Assembly: GCF_006345805.1 (NCBI RefSeq)
Contig: NC_043008.1
Location: 75,640,001-75,704,000, forward strand
Direction: 5' to 3'
Source of the DNA: Octopus sinensis
Taxonomy: Eukaryota
Length of the DNA: 64,000 nucleotides
The first letter of the stretch is position 1, and each line of letters begins with the position of its first letter. A program made the translations under genes and the position numbers. The notes under the pieces are model-generated. The model ran no database searches and had not been told where the DNA came from. It was given only the letters and a program-made list of their open reading frames with translations. Below, piece by piece: positions 1-13,865 of the stretch.

Positions 1-112
1 TAAGTAATTTGGTCCTCTCCGCGAAGCAAATGTTGCAACGGCCACTCCCATTTATATATGGGCATGGATGATCTATTTTTTCCACCTGATATCACATGGG
101 GTCCCTTGATCT

Positions 113-652
113 TTAGGGTGCTACACATGACGGGCCAAAGTCGTGACAAAAGGTCTTTCTGGGACCCTGAAAGATGGCTCGTGGTTTATGGAAGCGACGT
201 TTGAGTGATTTACTGGCTGATCCGATATATTTACAAACTTGGGATGTGGTTATATTCGCACTCCTGGAATATCTCTGAAAGGCACCAAATCTGGAGATGC
301 TATTGGTAACACCGTTCCTGGCGCAGTTGATATGGCGCCATGATCCGGTGGTGTTATCACCGTGGTTATCACTATTGGTTATATAGTTGGCGATGCTACT
401 GCTGGCGTTAGTGCGGGTGCGGCCGTTGGTAGCATATGTTGCGGTGCCGGTCATCCCATTGGTGTCGATGATAATTGCTTGGTCATCATCTGTGGTGGTG
501 GTACTGAGAACGCCGGATTCCTCCTCTGTGTCACTGGTCCTGTATTGGTCACCATCTCTAGGTGTGGTGATTGTACTGATGGTAACATATATACAGGACA
601 GGTCACTCTGTCTGCTCAGAGTTGGCTCAACTGAAACCAGGTGACACCGCAA
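113..652 (-). other. GC-richer coding-like segment; probably a decayed TE ORF or pseudo-exon
   Basis: A 179-aa open frame with no recognisable motif. An alternative minus frame is Pro-rich and protein-like (PQHMLPTAAPALTPAVASPTI*PIVITTVITPPDHG...SFRVPERPFVTTLARHV*HPKDQG), and several of its stops are TAA/TAG/TGA that could derive from CAA/CAG/CGA. Confidence 0.25.
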
Positions 653-1670
653 GTGTACTTAATCAGTGGTTTGTGACTGACAAAAAACTTCCAGGATACA
701 TTGTTTCTTATTTGTCATATTTCCATAAATTAACCACACTCTCCATTATATTTTCTGTGTAAAAACAGTGTAAAATATTTGCACTATTTTAACCACATTG
801 TTACCAGAATCGATTAAATAAATATCAAGTAAAGTGGCTTATCGAATGCATCATATGAATCATTATTCAAAACATAATTGAACGCTTGTTTTATCTATTC
901 AGTTACGTCACTGTTCTTATCGCACTAAATGCACTGCTGCTCACATGACAAGGGTATAAAGATCAAAGCAATTTGCGACGTATAAAAATATATTGTTTCG
1001 GTTCTTGTTTGCGACGCTAGCAATTAATGTGTGATAGGCGCCATAATAAAAAAAAAAAATAGATATATCAGTTAAAAGTTTGTTATTTTAATGTGATGTA
1101 TAGTAATAAAGGGATATCTTATGTATAGTATATTGACGGAACAAATATTTTCTAATAATTATATTGAATTACTACATGAATGTTTGTCTTAGTGAGTTGC
1201 AGAAATACTTTTTAAAGCATCAGATGAAGGTGTGCTTAAGTCTATATAATATATTAATTTTCCTGGCTCACGGTCAAAATCATTAATATTGCAATCGGTT
1301 TGTTGGGACTCAATAAAGTACTACATTTATTATGTTGACATGAATTAAAACTTCTTACGACCTATATGAAAAGTTCTGTCGTATCTCTGTTTGAACGTCA
1401 ATATCGTTCTTCATATTAAAATGGGTATTAACAGAGCCCCTACTTAAAATATTAAAACAATGTCGAAGACGCTGAAGTGATAGAAACTGTAAATAACCGG
1501 ATTTATGCCTAACAATATTCATTTTCATCTCTCTGTATTCTAACTTAAATCTTACTGAGTACAACTATGAATTTTGACCCACTGGTGTATGCATTCATAG
1601 TTATTGTTATGACTTCGTTCAGTGCAAATCTGACGCTTTGTAATTCGGCACATGTTCTTTTCTGAGACAG

Positions 1671-1733
1671 CATCTCACTGTCAGTCTTCAATCACTTCAC
1701 GTGATAGGAAAACATTTAAGAGAAGACAAGCTT
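1671..1733 (+). CDS. candidate internal exon, 63 nt, phase 0-0 (HLTVSLQSLHVIGKHLREDKL)
   Basis: Acceptor ttcttttctgagacag, donor GTAAGA, open frame of 21 codons; protein not recognised. Confidence 0.3.
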
Positions 1734-2844
1734 GTAAGATAATACGATTTGAATAAGAAAATGTTTACATAAAACGATAACGATCATCTCTATATAAATT
1801 AATAATTTGTTGTGCTTTTATCAAATGAATAATTTATCGCTTCATAACAGGACATAGTTATTCATAGCGACAAAATAGTTGCAACGTTTCTAATATTGAT
1901 TCGTTAATTGGCCAAAGATCAACTTAACCGTAGTAAATACACAATCCTGTCAACTACTTTTGGCATTCTAGTGGAAGAAATGCCAAAATTGAACCCAGAG
2001 AAATTTTAACTCCAAATTTTAACTCCAAAATATCGCATGAGAGTCAGAGCAGAGCGGAATTAAAAGTTCTAGAAAATCAATTTAAAGTGATGATGTACAA
2101 CGACTGTTTTTTTCTGTAAAAATGCTTTTTCACTTATATACGATATATAATTTTATTGAAAATAATTGTATCTGAGTGTAAAATAGCATCGAGGATGTGG
2201 TACACTTGGATTAAATATCGGAAGATTTGCAGAGAACCAGGATAAATATTTTTCAGAATTTAGTTTCTTTACGTGTCCTGTTCAAATAAATGCTGTACAA
2301 GACTTTAATTGGGTCTAATATAATTTTATTCTAAAATTTTCATTCTAACAAATGAAAGTTTATAAGCATCATATTAGACATATTAATAGAGAGGATAGTC
2401 AGTATCCGCTAAATGCTGGATAAAAAATGATTCTCAATTATGGATCTCACGTTCTCACTAAGATTAAATACACCCGAGAGTTCTTTTGAGTTCCTTGCTC
2501 AATCCGGTATAAAATAGAAACCAGTTGATTACTGAATCTGACAATTTATACGGTTTCTAAGATTCAAAACGGCTAATTAAACGTAAATATGTTATTATCA
2601 CTTGATTCTGATTCGCTGCGAAAACATTTGATTAAATAACAGTAATTTACAAAGATATATTAAATATTTACAACTAGTATACATAAAATCTTACATCTCA
2701 AACCTTTAAATATGAAATTAAATTTGAAAAAAAAACAAGTTAAAAGAATGGACAAAACTACTCAAATACATATATGTATTGTTAACTTACTGGTAGCGTA
2801 TAGAATAATGCTTTGCCAGATATTGGGATTACGTTTCATTTCAG

Positions 2845-2892
2845 CAGATTTTAACGCTATATAAGATTTTGGAAGGAGAGACAACATTTTGA
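2845..2892 (+). CDS. candidate terminal exon (QILTLYKILEGETTF*)
   Basis: Acceptor gtttcatttcag(cag), phase-compatible with 1671-1733. YKILEG also resembles LINE C-termini, so support is weak. Confidence 0.18.
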   Translation, partial: QILTLYKILEGETTF

Positions 2893-3339
2893 GGAAGAGT
2901 GAACACTTAACCACTTACAATTAGTTGTCAAGATTTCAAATCCACTGCAAAGAAATTAAACTCTCTTTAGGTTGCAGGTTTAATGGAAATTTCTATATTA
3001 AGAATCACTTTTCATGCCGAATGGACTTACCGGAAATATTTTCGAGGTTTCTTTCTGTAATTTAACAAAACTATTGCACTTGTTTAATTTGAAAAAAAAA
3101 ATTAAAACAAGCACATTAAATATTATCTTTATTGACACTGCTGTGTTAGAGAGTGTTTGTGCGATGCGGCATCTATTGGATCACGCCACACGCTACACAC
3201 ACACACACACTTACAAACACACACACACGCACACAGACGAATATGTATATATATATACACACACTATATGTGTGTGTGCGTGTATCTGTCTATCTGTCTG
3301 CCTGTCTGTCAGTCTCTCTCTCTCTCTCTCTCTTTCTCT

Positions 3340-3510
3340 GTGGTGGTGCGTGGCTTAGTGTGTTGCAATCATTATTGTAAATTGTTGCTTCGAATCCTGG
3401 ACTGAGCGATGTGTTGAGTTCTAGAGCAAAACACTTCATTTCATGTTGCTCCAGTTTACTCAGCTGGCAAAACTGATTAATCCTGTGATAGACAAGCATC
3501 CCGTCCCCGA
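3340..3510 (+). mobile_element. tRNA-derived SINE fragment
   Basis: A-box-like ggtggtgcgtggcttagtg and B-box-like gcttcgaatcc, followed by a SINE-like body. Confidence 0.55.
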
Positions 3511-3607
3511 TCTTATGAACCTATAGCAAGGGAAGGACATTTTTCTCTCTCTCTCACTCGCTCTCTATCTCTCTGTGTGTCATCCTTCCGCATTATATAT
3601 ACATGTG

Positions 3608-3656
<49 letters not shown>

Positions 3657-4539
3657 AGATAGACAGAGAGACCGATTTATTGATTGAAATTTAGGCCTAC
3701 AATTTATCTTGATTTCCAAGTTACTAGGCTTATAAGACATCCCCTATACCAGCTGGCAACAGCTGCAGTGTTAACCTTACAACGTTAAATATCTTGATCA
3801 GTATGTGAGTTTTATGTATAGTAACTTAACTAGTTACGTGCTCTAACTTATTTTTCATGTTGAAGGAACAATATTCATTTTAGGATAAAGCAAAGTTACC
3901 GTTTTTACATGTTACCTTTTTTACACATGAGTGTTTGATACTGCATGCCATATAATGTGTATCGGTAACATGATTAATGGTAAATAAAATCTGATATCTA
4001 CGAGCAGATATATAAATTGTGGCTGAGGCGGTGCAGACATGACTTGGATGGTCAGTTGCCTTGGATCGTTAATAAATATTTCAGTTGTACATAATATTTC
4101 ATTCTAATTTTTAATAGTGTCGATAACATACTTGGTAGATAAGTTTTCCGGTTTTCTAAAATATAAGTTCATGTTAGTAGTTTATCGAAAAGCTCTTTAC
4201 ATTGATGAGAATAGGAGAAAGTAAGCTTTGCGCGATGTGTCCAGTTAGATCCATGACGCATGTTTTAAGTAAAACAACCGCTAGATATAATCTTTCACGG
4301 ACCATCGTTACCATTACATCATTTGAATAATGTAGAAAATATGATCTCACTTTTGACCAAACCTTTTAAGTACGATGCAGTCGAACAGTATATATCCAGA
4401 TTACAACACAACTATTTTATCTCAATTGTGCATTTCTTATTTTAAAATTTACCAAAATAAAGGAAAGAAGTAACATATCCCATGACTGTTCCAAATCGTT
4501 CTTGAAAAGAATATTATAAACGATAATTGTGTCCTATGT

Positions 4540-5530
4540 ACTGGGATATACGCTTCAGGAGCTCAGAACATGTTCAATTGTCTGGCTATCCTGGCAGAGT
4601 GTGCACTCAGGATCATCTGATTTGACCCATTTCTGCAGTTACATATTTGAAGGCAGGAGATCATAAACAGATCTCAGAATAAAATTTAATCTACGAGATG
4701 TCATATGTCACAATTCATTTTAGCTGAACCTCTTCTGGAATGCAACTTGCCATGTCGTACGCTCGCTCTTCTGTGCTGTCTTTGAGATTCCTACAGCGCC
4801 CTGCCGTAGAATCAGATCTCTCCTCATCTGTAGCCCCGACTCTAACCATCATTCCAGTTTTGTTACGCGCAGTCCTTGCCAGCTATGTCCCGTTATATTT
4901 CGCATCTGAAGGTTTTCCTATGCTGCATCCACTGCCACTTGTTTTCTATTTCCTGCCTTGCTTCTGCTTGGGCCGGACTGACCTCATGACCTTGTCTTTC
5001 AAATCTACAAACATGGTTCAGAGCTTTTATTCTCTACTTTTTTAAGTCCATACTCAACGATGAACTTCAACTTGGCTTGACGAAAGTTGAGTGTAACATC
5101 TATAAAACTTGGTAGGACATCAAGCCACTTCCTTATGCACTTATTGATTTCGGCCTCCATATCATCCACTGTGATAGTGCTGATATAGAAAATCACCAGG
5201 CACCGGAGAAGATTTGGCATAACACGAACCGTAAACACCAAACATTGTATTTGCCAGAGAGGCCTCACAGGTCTATGACGTGAAGACATTTTCGCACCAT
5301 TTGTTTGGTTTTGATTCCCCTTTTAGTATCTTTCAAGGTGTCGTCATGTTACCTACCGATCGATGCTTTTGAGTGGTTCCTCTGCCGCTATTAGGATATT
5401 TTGATTGGGTACAGTGAACACAACAGTTGCCGCTAATGCTCTGAGACTATTTTACAATTTGAACCGAATTCTGGAAGTTGCAGATTCGTCCTCCATGTCT
5501 TTTACCATCCTTTGCAAAAAGGATTGTAGT
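4540..5530 (-). mobile_element. decayed RLE-type non-LTR retrotransposon (Hero/NeSL/R2-like), RT thumb to CCHC finger
   Basis: Minus frames give AEINKCIRKWLDVLPSF and FILRSVYDLLPSNM*LQKWVKSDDPECTLCQDSQTIEHVLSS (CxxC...H zinc knuckle); multiple stops and frameshifts. Confidence 0.7.
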
Positions 5531-5544
5531 ATTATCTATGAAGG

Positions 5545-5890
5545 TGTTTAGATGTTGCATCCGAAATCCCTCTCGAAGTTCCAAGTTCTGCTCAATGTGA
5601 CTCTGTTATTGCTGTTCTCAGGATGACCTCCAATGCCAACACAAGCAATACAGGGGATATTGCTCAGCCCATTGCTATTTCCACTTCCAATGCTCAGCCC
5701 ATTGCTATGTCCACTTGCAAATTGATCCACCGTTGTGCATTCTTTGGAGGAGAATCTGATAGAGAAATCGCGACAATACTTCTTCAACGGTTCTAGGATG
5801 TTCTTTAGAACGTGATACATCTCGTTCTAGTTGAATCGACTTGTGTGAGACCGAAACGTAGGCATTCCCCTGATCACGCTCTACCACATC
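5545..5890 (-). mobile_element. degenerate PLE GIY-YIG fragment
   Basis: SRSKEHPRTVEEV resembles the R..EH...V segment that follows YIG in PLE endonucleases; heavily decayed. Confidence 0.4.
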
Positions 5891-6404
5891 AAGAAGACAG
5901 ATGACTAGTTAAAGTTATCTCTGTCAATATAACAGAGTTAAATTTTCCATAATTTCTAAACTGTTACTACTGGCTTTTAAACTGCTGTAGATCCTGCGTT
6001 CATACAAACTTCGATTTCTTATGGCCTTGCTCAATTGTTTAGAACTATGGATGTTTATGTTAAACTGTTTTGCAGTTTAGTCCAGCCATTTCCATGCTAA
6101 ACTATATTTTAATTTTCAATTTTGGAAAATCGATTTTTTTTGCTCGGTTTTGCTTTGACATATGAAACACTATCATTTAATCTCAGAAATAGTTAACAAA
6201 ATATAGCTATGAATTAAATATAACTCATGCACTACGTTAGCACACTGTCTAACTCGCTAACTGACAAAGGGGAAAATGTAAGCACAGAAGCAATGAAATG
6301 ATATTTATGAATTATATACTTACAGAAAATCATTGACCAAAACCCATTAAAGTGAAGGCGTGCATACAGAGTAACATGGAAAGTTAGGGTCAATTAAAGT
6401 TGTA

Positions 6405-6763
6405 GGCAGACATACATACCAGCATACATACATACATACATACATACATACATACATACATACATACATACATACATACATACACACATACATACATGCA
6501 TATATGCATACATACAAAATACATACATACGTACTACCTACATACATAATACTTACGTACACACATACGCATAAACACACATATTGCTGAAACTACCCGG
6601 TCAGTTTAGGGAATTCACGATCGTTATTTTCGGGCGATTATATTCACCATCAGTATATACTTATACAATTAAAACTTTGACTACAGCATTAGAGAATTTT
6701 AACTCTTATTTTTAGTAATGTACGTGATTCTAATATCCTTGTCATATTTATATTTTCCTTTTT

Positions 6764-6842
<79 letters not shown>

Positions 6843-7077
6843 ATATATATATATGTATGTGTGTGTGTGTGTATGTGTGTGTGTGTTTATGTATATGTAA
6901 ATGTGTATTTGTCGGTTTTGGCACGGCCGCAGTCAAATGACTGAAACAAGTAAACCAATTAAAGAATAAATGACTACATATAAATGACTACATGAATGCA
7001 ATCTTGAATATATGCGTATATCTAATATGTATGTATATATACATACATATACATACACACACGCACACACACACACA

Positions 7078-7164
<87 letters not shown>

Positions 7165-7167
7165 ATA

Positions 7168-7257
<90 letters not shown>

Positions 7258-7382
7258 AAACGATCTTACAAAACGAGCGTCTACATGAATTAAAATGCTC
7301 TTATATATTTTAACAACTTGACTTCTCACTTTAAAAAAAAACTGATGAGTTTTATAGGACTTATTTCCATAAATTCCCACAT

Positions 7383-7431
<49 letters not shown>
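6405..7431. repeat. microsatellite cluster (CATA)n, (TA)n, (TG)n, (TATC)n
   Basis: Seen directly; accounts for the YI/LSIY/MYVC ORFs in this region. Confidence 0.95.
6910..6965 (+). mobile_element. SINE 3' tail fragment
   Basis: ggccgcagtcaaatgactgaaacaagtaaa matches the tail of the SINE at 40030-40508. Confidence 0.65.
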
Positions 7432-7435
<4 letters not shown>

Positions 7436-8323
7436 ATCAAAACAGTTTGATTCAAATCCGTTGGTGCACTTGAGTTTCTAGCGTGATGCTAGTGGTCAGG
7501 AATTTGGAATTTGAATGATAGAACCTGATTGTTATTATCGTAAGGTGGGCTTCGGTTGCTCGGGAACGGTCACGCGGTGCCGTGGTTTATACATAACAGT
7601 TTGTTGGAAAATACCGCATGATGAACAAGAAATTGACCACGTAGAGCACAGGAAATAGACCACGTAGCGATTCGAAGTTGATCAGGTTTTTGGAGGAAGT
7701 AGGAAGGGGCGGCATGTGCAAGTTTATAGTTCTATGTGTGGGTGTGCAGTCGCACTCATATAGTTTTGCATGCATGTGCATATTGAAGCACGTGTGCGCA
7801 TCTGTACATAGGCAAGCAAGCGCTCATCTGCACACACACACACACACACATAGTCATGCAGTTGGAGAGAACGCTTTTGACTGTCCAAGGCAGGGTAACG
7901 GTTAACATCAAAGAAACATTGTGCTTGGCTGTTGTTCAACCATTTCAAACAAAGCCTCGTTCGCGACGCAATGTCTCTCTCACCTTACCTTGTCATTGTA
8001 AACATTAACATTAGGTTTACGACTGCTTGATATCGAATTATTTTAACGTGGGTTGCCACACTTGTATTTTTCCTTGTTTGTCTAAACGTTATCTACCCAA
8101 AAATCAACTGACGAACCACCTCCTTTTCAACTTCATAAATGTCGGAGTAAATTATTTCGACCAGGAAATCCTGAATATATATTTGCAAAATTTTTGGTTT
8201 CTAATTTAAGACATCATTCTCTAAGCTGATCGGGTGCCTTTCTACGTCTTGAAACATTAGCACATTACTCACACACAGGCACACACAGGCACACACATAC
8301 ACACACACACGCACATATATACA

Positions 8324-8371
<48 letters not shown>

Positions 8372-8665
8372 AGAACAAAGTGTACGTACGCCGCTATATA
8401 TATATATAATACAAAAAGGGGCAACAAACATGGAGATAGATGATACAAAACAACAAGGATGGGTCATTCGAAGCTTTCTATCCTCAGTCAAGAGCTGGAT
8501 CATCCTCGCAATTTCGGCTGATTGATCTTGAGATTGCTCCAATCTGGCCAGCCCCAAGGAAAAACTAAACTAAGACCATTAGATTCCTTGGAAGAAAGCA
8601 TCAAATGTATACGATAACAATGACGGGAAAATATACGCTGTTACACAAATATAAATACAAAATGC

Positions 8666-8715
<50 letters not shown>

Positions 8716-9149
8716 CAATAATAACAGGGCATAACAACAGCTGTCTTTCGACTGGGAACGAATTGAATTCAGCTGGCGTGTGTGGAAACGAAGCCTTACG
8801 GCAGAGATAGATGATTTTCACAAACAGAAGGAAGAATATCGATGTGGCAGTGACCACAGTCTGACGCAAAAAGAGGGCTAGCAGTCTGGCCTATCGGTCA
8901 CATGAGAAGAGAGAGGAAAAGAGGAACAAAAGAATTAAGGAGGTGAAAGAGAAGAGAGAGTTGTAGAAGCAGATGGGCAGAATAATTAAGGAGGGGCGAG
9001 AAAAAATGACAGGGACATAATGAAGTGAAAAGTGAGTCACTTCACTATGTCCCTGTCATTCAACTCATGTATGTATATAAAGAAAATATACATAATTCAA
9101 GAACATGTTTTGTCTAGCTTATTTTAAAACCAAAAAAACAGGTACAGAT

Positions 9150-9730
9150 TATAAACAATGAAAGGTCGATTTTGGTGATTCATTTGACAGAGTCAGTAGA
9201 GAGCCCATCCGATGATAATTCTGACCTTGGATCTTGAATGTTGACATGAATCCTGGTTCAGTTAAAACTCTTATGCCTCCAAATGATGTCATCTCTAGTG
9301 CAGCATGGTATTGTCTAATTTTATTTTGGAAGTGCCTGGAATCTCGGTCAGTTGATGACAAGAGTTTCTTCAAATGGCTCTGGTGGTTGGGGGATTACAG
9401 GGAGTTTAACCTTTCCACCACTGCAGCACAGTGAAGGTGTCTCTCCAGGCCACTTCCTTGCTTTACAATGCATGCATTCAGTTATCATTGCCTCAATGGA
9501 AACTCTAGTGCCATTTGCATAATGAACTGCTGGATCATAATAAAAAGTTGCTCCTCTGAGCTGTTGCAACTACTCTTTGTTCTGCAGTAGAGACCCTATT
9601 CCTTGTAAGACGTTCATCACTTTCCGATACTCTGGCTTTAGTAGTGCACATGTTTCCCTTTCTGCAGCTGTCTCACTTTCCCTCGACAGAAACAATCTTT
9701 TTGCTGACCTTGACATTGTAGACAAACTTG
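9150..9730 (-). mobile_element. Helitron Rep/helicase N-terminal fragment
   Basis: CMHCKARKWPGETPSLCCSGGKVKLPVIPQPPEP followed after a frameshift by SRHFQNKIRQYHAALEMTSFGG...GFMSTFKIQGQNYHRMGSLL, a typical Helitron N-terminal signature. A possible 5' terminus A|TCTATAATATAAAT lies at 10908 (minus). Confidence 0.8.
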
Positions 9731-10797
9731 AGACCTTCCTTCTAGGTATGGTTATATACGTATACAAAGATACAAGAGAGCAGAAGATAGTAAACAATGA
9801 AAATAACTGGGTAACGGAATTTATGTTTCCTAATACGACGGGCAGAAACGAATTAAGAAACTTTTACGGAAAATGAAGAATTGTACGGGTTGAAGCGAAG
9901 TTTGTCAGTGAACAAAAGAGCCAGTATCGAAAGAACCAGAAAAAATGCCGTTAACAACAGAAAAAAAACAAAACCGTTGCTAAAGTAAATAAGAAATTTT
10001 GGGGAAAATTAACTAAGTCTTCAGAAGCTATTTCTGTCAGTAAATTATTAACTCTCCTTTATCAGTAATTCCGTCAATTACAAAAACACTAAACGTTGCA
10101 CAAGTAAATACGAAATTTGTAGGCTAATTTAACTCAGTGTACGGATTGAAGTGAAATTTCTGTCAGTAAATTATGTATGAAATTAGTTTCATAAGTAATT
10201 GTGAACTTTTTTCTGTCAGTAATTTGTCGTTGTTGTTTGTAAACAGAGATTAAAAACTTACAGTGAAAACAATAGCGATTGAACTGAAAGTGGAAACAAT
10301 AGCGTCCGAAAAATGGAAGTGAAAACAATCGAGAGTGAGTGAGATATAGACAGTGTGGGAGAGATAGAGCTGGCTAGTTAGGCAAATAAGATATATACAT
10401 ATAGATAAGATATAGACATATAGAAACAGAGATAGATATAGAAATAGAGATAGATAGAGGGATATAGAGAAATAGAGATAGATAGAGAGATATAGATAGA
10501 GAAGTATAGTTATAACTGACGCTAGAAAACCGGAAGTAAATATTTTTAAAACATTTCAAAAATGGGAATCTAATATAAAAAGCAATATTTCTTTTTAATG
10601 ACCAATAGATGTAAGGGAGGCAATCAATTTCTGAAAGTTACTTCGCGAAGAATTACCAGGAATGGTTATTATCTGCTCCCAGGGAGCCCGTTAATCATTA
10701 TGTGAACGGTTTTAAGACTCTAAAACCATCCCTGGAACATAAATAATTTATGTTCCCAGTTTGGAGAAAATCAGTTAAAAACTTCGAAGGTATAATC

Positions 10798-10867
<70 letters not shown>

Positions 10868-11049
10868 CACACACACACACACACACAGAACGGGATTTAT
10901 ATTATAGATAATGGAATAGTTCTACGAAGCATTGTGTAGAATATATTGTATAAAAAATCGTGGGTAAGGCCAGAAAAATGTGAAGTAAAAGCAAGGCAAA
11001 TCATAAGAAAACAAATATATAAATTAATGTAGATTTACCTTCCTGTCAA

Positions 11050-12271
11050 TATTTCAGGGTTATGACACCATCCTCAAGAAATTAACGAATGTTACAGATG
11101 TGAGTGTGTGTGAGTGTGTGTGGAGTGGAAATGCGTGAAACGTTGTTGCTATCTTCCTGTAACTCTCTTCTGTTGTTGATGGCTGGTTTCCTTTGGTGTA
11201 TGAGGATGGCCTTGGAGTGCCCTGATAGGCACTGTGAATTCCAGGATTTAGCATTTCCGTAGATGTTTCTTCACGGAAGTGTCTGTCAGCATATTCCTAA
11301 CTTGTGTGTTCAGCCTACATAGTATAGAATGTTTCTCCGTACATGGGGACCTATTTAAGGGATAAGTTCTACAGATCAGGGAATTTTATGGGGGCTCCAG
11401 GCCTTTCTACGGATTTAATCCGTAGATTAACAAACATTACACTCTGGTATTTTTTGTTGTCTTTCCATGAGCTGGCCTTATCTATCATTTTTTAGGTCTT
11501 TTCTGTGTTGTTCCAAGTTTTACTCCTGTATAACGAGCAGATCCCTTTCTATGATGGCCTTGTACTTAGCCCGGACTCCTTCGTACACTATAATCCTGTC
11601 CCTTTGATTGTAGCCTGATAACTGCCTGTGGTGGATGAAGTGTTGTATGTGTCTTTGCAATATGCAGGACATATTCCTCACCACTCTCAACAGTGTGTTG
11701 TCCGCATTAGCTGCATTCTTGTGGACCAATTATTTAGAGGCCATGTGTTTGGCATATTAGAAGTGACGGATCTGGACCTTACAGTTGTTGGTTTCCAACT
11801 AGATTTCTGAGTCTAAAACCGGTAGCCTATAATTTGAACGTTCGTTAGGTAGTCTATTGTTATTTTAATACTCAGGTGAATAGAATTAACTATTTGCTGG
11901 GTGGTCTCCATAATGTTAACTTCTAATTCTTCAAAATTACATTATTTACATTTGACGGACTTTTGTCCTCATCTTGTTTGTTGTTAACACAACAGTTCAT
12001 CGAAATTGTTTTGTCAGGGTGCTTTGGCTACTATGTTGATACCATCCGCATAGCGGGAGTACATGGTTAGTGTTATGGAGTTCTCTACTAATTTCTCTTT
12101 GAGTATCTTATCCCACCATGCCATAAATAGGTTAGCCACATCACCATCGATAATGACACCGTTGGCTGCACGTTCCACTTGGGCGTATATCTTGTTATTA
12201 ATCTTCAATATGTAAATCGAGTGTGATTTTGGTAATTGCACCCATGTCGACCATCTTTTTAACCTGATCCT

Positions 12272-12272
<1 letters not shown>
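11050..12272 (-). mobile_element. 5'-truncated, degenerate Penelope-like element (RT C-half, thumb, endonuclease region)
   Basis: KINNKIYAQVERAANGV...DVANLFMAWWD...MYSRYADGINIV is homologous to the RT B'/C motifs of the copy at 59.6-59.8 kb (GAAIG / YSRYVDDINIV). Confidence 0.8.
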
Positions 12273-12313
<41 letters not shown>

Positions 12314-12871
12314 CAGACAGACAGACAGACACAGATAGAGAGAGAGACAGAGATAGATGAGGAGAGAGAGGAAGAAAGAGAAACAAAAAACACACAGACA
12401 CACGCCCGCATCTGTGTGCAGATATGATAAAATTTGAAACAGTACTTACCAGTTCTATGCACCCAACTACAAACGAACTTACCTCGTTAAATAGACTTAC
12501 AGGCTTGTTAACGTAGTTACCAAATAAATAGAGACATCTTATCTTTGGTAATCCATCGTCTCAACTCAGTATTGAAAATCATTCAAATTCTTTAGTGATA
12601 ACATTTTGTATACAAAGATAAGAGATTTAAGCTGATTGGAATTACAGTATATTTTATTTATTTATTTTTGGAAAAAAGCATCTTATATAATTTCTTAAAT
12701 TTAGTTGTAAATTTATGGAAATGATATAATTTTACAGAGAATATCTCTATCTATCTATCTATCTATCTATCTATCAATATACATATATATATATATATAC
12801 CTAAATAGATAGAATATATATATGCACACATATACATTTATGCATATGTGTATATATACACAAACATATAG

Positions 12872-12949
<78 letters not shown>

Positions 12950-13254
12950 ATTATATATATATATATATATATTTCAACAATTGAGGGTAAAATTAATTAA
13001 TTATTAATCAATTTCACCAAGTGTTCAGTATGCAAAGGGACCATTTAAGGCGAATTCAAATTATTACATTATATAAAAGGGCTTAGTAAAATAATTACTT
13101 TGCCACATACTGAACTCATTAGAAATAGTAGTCAAAAAACTTTTTAAAACTATTTCTAATACTTAAAGAAAATCTCTCTCATATAGTGTTTGCTCAATTC
13201 AACTCACGAAAGTATGGGGGTAAAGACATTAAAAAATCAAATGCAAAGGTTATT

Positions 13255-13306
13255 TGAGAACGTACGTTTCTAGATTAGTCAACTCGACATTTCTATCATC
13301 AGCTCA
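13255..13306 (-). ncRNA. type I minimal hammerhead ribozyme
   Basis: Minus strand: ugag CUGAUGA uaga aau guc gaguu gac uaa ucua GAAA cguacg UU cuca. Stem I, intact core, stem II, palindromic stem III, GUU site. Confidence 0.8.
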
Positions 13307-13813
13307 GAACTCCTTGGTTTGGATTTGAAAACACTGAAAGTGGGAGCATACCCTTTCGGCTTCTTATCGCTTCTGAAGATCTGCTCGAAACTAACAGTGC
13401 CAGCAAACTCAAAATATGCAAGCGAAGAATTTCTGCTCTCCCCTTTCCACCAGCGTGGGTTAAAATCAGTAAACACTATGCTTTTTCGGTAAAATCCGAA
13501 GCATTAAATAGAGAGAGATGAATTATAATTTCAACAATTGAGGGTAAAATTAATTAATTATTAATCAATTTCACCAAGTGTTCAGTATGCAAAGGGACCA
13601 TTTAAGGCGAATTCAAATTATTACATTATATAAAAGGGCTTAGTAAAATAAATTACTTTGCCACATACTGAACTCATTAGAAATAGTAGTCAAAAAACTT
13701 TTTTAAAACTATTTCTAATACTTAAAGAAAATCTCTCTCATATAGTGTTTGCTCAATTCAACTCACGAAAGTATGGGGGTAAAGACATTAAAAAATCAAA
13801 TGCAAAGGTTATT

Positions 13814-13865
13814 TGAGAACGTACGTTTCTAGATTAGTCAACTCGACATTTCTATCATCAGCTCA
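13814..13865 (-). ncRNA. type I minimal hammerhead ribozyme (second tandem copy)
   Basis: Identical to 13255-13306. Confidence 0.8.

Noticed and set aside
5650-5715. Two direct 30-bp repeats (possible CRISPR-like array)
   Set aside because: Only two adjacent copies with no spacers, inside a eukaryotic TE relic; no cas genes.
12430-12505. Three minus-strand GTAAGT donor motifs within about 70 bp
   Set aside because: No convincing associated exon; may be chance in AT-rich DNA.
13372-13400. Plus-strand CTGAAGA...GAAA inside the retrozyme-like spacer (possible ambisense ribozyme)
   Set aside because: The intervening tctgctc cannot form stem II, and there is no stem I or III.
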